Below, piece after piece: positions 59,801 through 64,000 of a stretch of DNA of 64,000 nucleotides. Numbering within the stretch: position 1 is the stretch's first letter; each line of letters opens with the position of its first letter. Source of the stretch: Eledone cirrhosa (Eukaryota); assembly GCA_964016885.1 (NCBI GenBank), contig OZ024743.1, positions 277,264,001 through 277,328,000 of the forward strand, in the 5' to 3' direction. Both the position numbers and the translations under genes were made by a program. The notes beneath the pieces are model-generated. The model worked only from the letters and a program-made list of their open reading frames with translations, searched no databases and was not told the DNA's origin.

Positions 59801-60960
59801 GCGTTGTGGTTGTTGTGGTTGGCGTTGTGGTGGTTGTGGTTGGCGTTATGGTAGTTGTGGTTGGCGTTGTGGTGGTTGTGGTTGGGGTTGTGGTTGTTGT
59901 TGTTGGCGTTGTGGTGGTTGTGGTTGGTGGTTTTGGTGGTTGTGGTTGGCGTTGTGGTGGTTGTGGTTGGCGTTGTAGTGGTTGTGGTTGGCGTGGTGGT
60001 TTTATGTGGTTGGCGCTGTGGTGGTTGTGGTTGGCGTTGTGGTTGTTGTGGTTGGCGTTTGCCCGGTTGTGGTTGGAGTTGTGGTGGTTGTGGTTGGCGT
60101 TGTCGTTGTTGTGGTTGGAGTTGTGGTGGTTGTGGTTGGCGTTGTGGTGGTTGTGGTTGGCGTTTGCCCGGTTGTGGTTGGAGTTGTGGTGGTTGTGGTT
60201 GGCGTTGTGGTTGTTGTGGTTGGAGTTGTGGTGGTTGTGGTTGGCGTTGTGGTGGTTGTGGTTGGCGTTGTAGTGGTTGTGGTTGGCGTTGTGGTTGTTG
60301 TGGTTGGAGTTGTGGTGGTTGTGGTTGGCGTTGTGGTGATTGTGGTTGGCGTTGTGGTTGTTGTGGTTGCCGTTGTGGTTGGCGTTGTGGTGGTTGTGGT
60401 TGGAGTTTTGGTGGTTGTGGTTGGCGTTGTGGTGGTTGTGGTTGGCGTTGTGGTGGTTGTGGTTGGCGTTGTGGTGGTTGTGGTTGGCGTTGTGGTGGTT
60501 GTGGTTGCCGTTGTGGTTGGCGTTTTGGTGGTTGTGGTTGGAGTTGTGGTGGTTGTGGTTGGCGTTGTGGTGGTTGTGGTTGGAGTTGTGGTGGTTGTGG
60601 TTGGCGTTGTGGTGGTTGTGGTTGGCGTTGTGGTGGTTGTGGTTGGAGTTGTGGTGGTTGTGGTTGGCGTTGTGGTGGTTGTGGTTGGCGTTGTGGTGGT
60701 TGTGGTTGGCGTTGTGGTGGTTGTGGTTGGCGTTTTGGTTGTTGTGGTTGGCGTTACGGTTGTTGTGGTTGGCGTTGTGGTGGTTGTGGTTGGCGTTGTG
60801 GTTGTTGTGGTTGGCGTTGTGGATGTTGTGGTTGGCGTTGTGGTGGTTGTGGTTAGCGTTGTGGTGGTTGTGGTTGGAGTTGTGGTGGTTGTGGTTGGCG
60901 TTGTGGTGGTTGTGGTTGGCGTTGTGGTGGTTGTGGTTGGCGTTGTGGTGGTTGTGGTTG
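53815..60960. repeat. Near-perfect 3,562-bp tandem duplication
   Basis: Markers 53941/57503, 55532/59094 and 56364/59926 are all offset by exactly 3562. ORFs 55461..56711 and 59023..60273 have identical translations. One difference was noticed: T54921 vs C58483. Confidence 0.92.
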
Positions 60961-63900
60961 GCGTTGTGGTGGTTGTGGTTGCCGTTGTGGTTGGCGTTGT
61001 GGTGGTTGTGGTTGGCGTCGTGGTGGTTGTGGTTGGCGTTGTGATGGTTGTGGTTGGCGTTGTGGTGGTTGTGGTTGGCGTTATGGTTGTTGTGATTGGC
61101 GTTGTGGTGGTTGTGGTTGGCGTTGTGGTGGTTGTGGTTGGCGTTGTGGTTGTTGTGGTTGGCGTTATGGTTGTTGTGGTTGGCGTTGTGGTGGTTGTGG
61201 TTGGCGTTGTGGTGGTAGTAGTTGGCGTTGTGGTTGTTGTTGTTGGCGTTGTGGTTGTTGTGGTTGGCGTTGTGGTGGTTGTGGTTGGAGTTGTGGTGGT
61301 TGTGGTTGGCGATGTGGTTGTTGTGGTTGGCGTTGTGGTTGTTGTGGTTGGCGTTGTGGTGGTTGTGGTTGGAGTTGTGGTGTTTGTGGTTGGCGTTGTG
61401 GTTGTTGTGGTTGGCGTTGTGGTGGTTGTAGTTGGAGTTGTGGTTGTTTTGGTTGGCGTTATGGTGGTTGTGATTGGCGTTGTGGTGGTTGTGGTTGGCG
61501 TTGTGGTGGTTGTATTTGGCGTTGTGGTTGTTGTGGTTGGCGTTGTGGTTATTATGGATGGCGTTGTGCTTGTTGTGGTTGGCGTTGTGGTGGTTGTGGT
61601 TGGCGTTGTGGTGGTTGTGGTTGGCGTTGGGGTTGTTGTGGTGTGCGTTGTGGTGCTGGTGGTTGGAGTTGTGGTGGTTGTGGTTGGCGTTGTGGTGGTT
61701 GTGGTTGGCGTTGTGGTGGTTGTGGTTGGCGTTGTGGTGGTTGTGGTTGGCGTTGTGGTTGTTGTGGTTGGCGTTGTGGTGGTTGTGGTTGGCGTTGTGG
61801 TGGTTGTGGTTGGCGATGTGGTTGTTGTGGTTGGCGTTGTGGTTGTTGTGGTTGGCGTTGTGGTGGTTGTGGTTGGAGTTATGGTGGTTGTGGTTGGCGT
61901 TGTGGTTGTTGTGGTTGGCGTTGTGGTGGTTGTAGTTGGAGTTGTGGTTGTTTTGGTTGGCGTTATGGTGGTTGTGATTGGCGTTGTGGTGGTTGTGGTT
62001 GGCGTTTGCCCGGTTGTGGTTGGAGTTGTGGTGGTTGTGGTTGGCGTTGTCGTTGTTGTGGTTGGAGTTGTGGTGGTTGTGGTTGGCGTTGTGGTGGTTG
62101 TGGTTGGTGGTTTTGGTGGTTGTGGTTGGCGTTGTGGTGGTTGTGGTTGGCGTTGTAGTGGTTGTGGTTGGCGTGGTGGTTTTATGTGGTTGGCGCTGTG
62201 GTGGTTGTGGTTGGCGTTGTGGTTGTTGTGGTTGGCGTTTGCCCGGTTGTGGTTGGAGTTGTGGTGGTTGTGGTTGGAGTTGTGGTGGTTGTGGTTGGCG
62301 TTGTGGTGGTTGTGGTTGGCGTTTGCCCGGTTGTGGTTGGAGTTGTGGTGGTTGTGGTTGGCGTTGTGGTTGTTGTGGTTGGAGTTGTGGTGGTTGTGGT
62401 TGGCGTTGTGGTGGTTGTGGTTGGCGTTGTAGTGGTTGTGGTTGGCGTTGTGGTTGTTGTGGTTGGAGTTGTGGTGGTTGTGGTTGGCGTTGTGGTGATT
62501 GTGGTTGGCGTTGTGGTTGTTGTGGTTGCCGTTGTGGTTGGCGTTGTGGTGGTTGTGGTTGGAGTTTTGGTGGTTGTGGTTGGCGTTGTGGTGGTTGTGG
62601 TTGGCGTTGTGGTGGTTGTGGTTGCCGTTCTGGTTGGCGTTTTGGTGGTTGTGGTTGGAGTTGTGGTGGTTGTGGTTGGCGTTGTGCTGGTTGTGGTTGG
62701 AGTTGTGGTGGTTGTGGTTGGCGTTGTGGTGGTTGTGGTTGGCGTTGTGGTGGTTGTGGTTGCCGTTGTGGTTGGCGTTTTGGTGGTTGTGGTTGGAGTT
62801 GTGGTGGTTGTGGTTGGCGTTGTGGTGGTTGTGGTTGGAGTTGTGGTGGTTGTGGTTGGCGTTGTGGTGGTTGTGGTTGGCGTTGTGGTGGTTGTGGTTG
62901 GAGTTGTGGTGGTTGTGGTTGGCGTTGTGGTGGTTGTGGTTGGCGTTGTGGTGGTTGTGGTTGGCGTTGTGGTGGTTGTGGTTGGCGTTTTGGTTGTTGT
63001 GGTTGGCGTTACGGTTGTTGTGGTTGGCGTTGTGGTGGTTGTGGTTGGCGTTGTGGTTGTTGTGGTTGGCGTTGTGGATGTTGTGGTTGGCGTTGTGGTG
63101 GTTGTGGTTAGCGTTGTGGTGGTTGTGGTTGGAGTTGTGGTGGTTGTGGTTGGCGTTGTGGTGGTTGTGGTTGGCGTTGTGGTGGTTGTGGTTGGCGTTG
63201 TGGTGGTTGTGGTTGGCGTTGTGGTGGTTGTGGTTGCCGTTGTGGTTGGCGTTGTGGTGGTTGTGGTTGGCGTCGTGGTGGTTGTGGTTGGCGTTGTGGT
63301 GGTTGTGGTTGGCGTTGTGGTGGTTGTGGTTGGCGTTATGGTTGTTGTGATTGGCGTTGTGGTGGTTGTGGTTGGCGTTGTGGTGGTTGTGGTTGGCGTT
63401 GTGGTTGTTGTGGTTGGCGTTATGGTTGTTGTGGTTGGCGTTGTGGTGGTTGTGGTTGGCGTTGTGGTGGTAGTAGTTGGCGTTGTGGTTGTTGTTGTTG
63501 GCGTTGTGGTTGTTGTGGTTGGCGTTGTGGTGGTTGTGGTTGGAGTTGTGGTGGTTGTGGTTCGCGTTGTGGTTGTTGTGGTTGACGTTGTAGTTGTTAT
63601 GAATGGCGTTGAGGTTGTTGTGGTTGGCGTTGTGGTGGTTGTGGTTGGCGTTGTGGTGGTTGTGGTTGGCGTTGTGGTGGTTGTGGTTGGCGTTGTGGTG
63701 GTTGTGGTTGGAGTTGTGGTGGTTGTGGTTGGCGTTGTGGTTGTTGTGGTTGGCGTTGTGGTGGTTGTGGTTGGAGTTGTGGTTGTTGTCGTTGGCGTTA
63801 TGCTGGTTGTGATTGGCGTTGTGGTGGTTGTGGTTGGCGTTGTGGTGGTTGTGGTTGGCGTTGTGGTTGTTGTGGTTGGCGTTGTGGTTGTTATGGATGG

Positions 63901-64000
63901 CGTTGTGGTTGTTGTGGTTGGCGTTGTGGTGGTTGTGGTTGGCGTTGTGGTTGTTGTGGTTGGCGTTGTGGTGCTGGTGGTTGGAGTTGTGTTGGTTGTG

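Larger units (their letters stand above)
1..64000. repeat. Giant tandem array (satellite/minisatellite) of 21-bp monomer GGCGTTGTGGTGGTTGTGGTT, running off both window edges
   Basis: The monomer is directly visible throughout. Variants are point substitutions (GGAGTT, GTGGTTGTT, GGCGTTATG, etc.), in-frame short units (9, 12, 15 or 18 bp, e.g. GCCGTTGTGGTT) and 20/22-bp units. No non-repeat sequence was found. Confidence 0.99.
1..64000 (-). pseudogene. Possible frameshift-disrupted mucin-like PTS repeat, (PTTTTTT)n
   Basis: The minus strand encodes PTTTTTT with S/A/I/N/K substitutions, common variants are synonymous, and no stop was seen in the Thr register. About 65 frameshifting monomers interrupt it. 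No signal peptide, Cys-rich, vWD or SEA domain lies in the window, so a coding origin is inference only. Confidence 0.3.

Noticed and set aside
5130-62191. Frameshift monomers removed by splicing or corrected by programmed frameshifting
   Set aside because: Minus-strand GT donors (plus-strand AC) are very rare and do not flank the frameshifts. There is no T-rich acceptor tract, and I saw no canonical slippery heptamer or hairpin.
9-63812. Plus-strand ORFs encoding poly-Val/Gly, Trp/Leu-rich or Cys/Gly-rich proteins
   Set aside because: These are the three registers of an A-poor repeat in which stops are rare. Thousands of consecutive Val residues are not a plausible protein, the starts are arbitrary GTG/TTG codons, and CGGC motifs are not evidence of metallothionein or keratin-associated genes.
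1-64000. CRISPR array
   Set aside because: Repeats are head-to-tail with no unique spacers, leader or cas genes.
1-64000. Telomerase-made telomeric tract (G/T-rich strand)
   Set aside because: The monomer matches no telomere repeat I recognise, and kb-scale copies of variant patterns point to recombinational amplification, not templated addition. A subtelomeric location cannot be excluded from this window.
1-64000. Assignment to a named mucin such as MUC2 (PITTT and TGQTP look-alike motifs) or trypanosome TcMUC
   Set aside because: The unit is 7 aa, not the 23-aa MUC2 repeat or T8KP2. The resemblance is low-complexity, and no diagnostic domain is present.
1-64000. Inversions, hairpins or embedded mobile elements
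   Set aside because: The G/T strand bias never flips and no non-repeat insert was seen. The strand has almost no A or C for Watson-Crick stems.

Overview
The whole 64 kb window is one uninterrupted tandem array of a 21-bp monomer, consensus GGCGTTGTGGTGGTTGTGGTT (about 3,000 copies by length). I found no unique sequence, RNA gene, transposon, CRISPR array or recognisable globular-domain gene. The + strand is almost entirely G/T. The - strand reads CCA ACC ACA ACC ACC ACA ACG = (PTTTTTT)n, like the Pro/Thr/Ser (PTS) domain of a mucin. The commonest variants are silent in that frame and I saw no stop codon in it. However, about 65 frameshifting 20- or 22-bp monomers break the frame, and most recur at homologous positions, so the array as given cannot encode one continuous protein. 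Variant monomers reveal nested duplications (85, 190, 225, 654, 709 and 1,291 bp; about 3.2, 3.56 and 5.8 kb; dispersed copies about 11 and 24 kb apart) and two sub-arrays with different diagnostic variants meeting at about 38.7-40 kb. Best reading: a satellite or giant minisatellite, probably eukaryotic, with higher-order structure and possibly derived from a mucin-like exon. Nearly all ORFs in the supplied track are by-products of the repeat. I cannot support a novel multi-gene system here. Counts and coordinates were read by eye and are approximate; organism and flanks are unknown.
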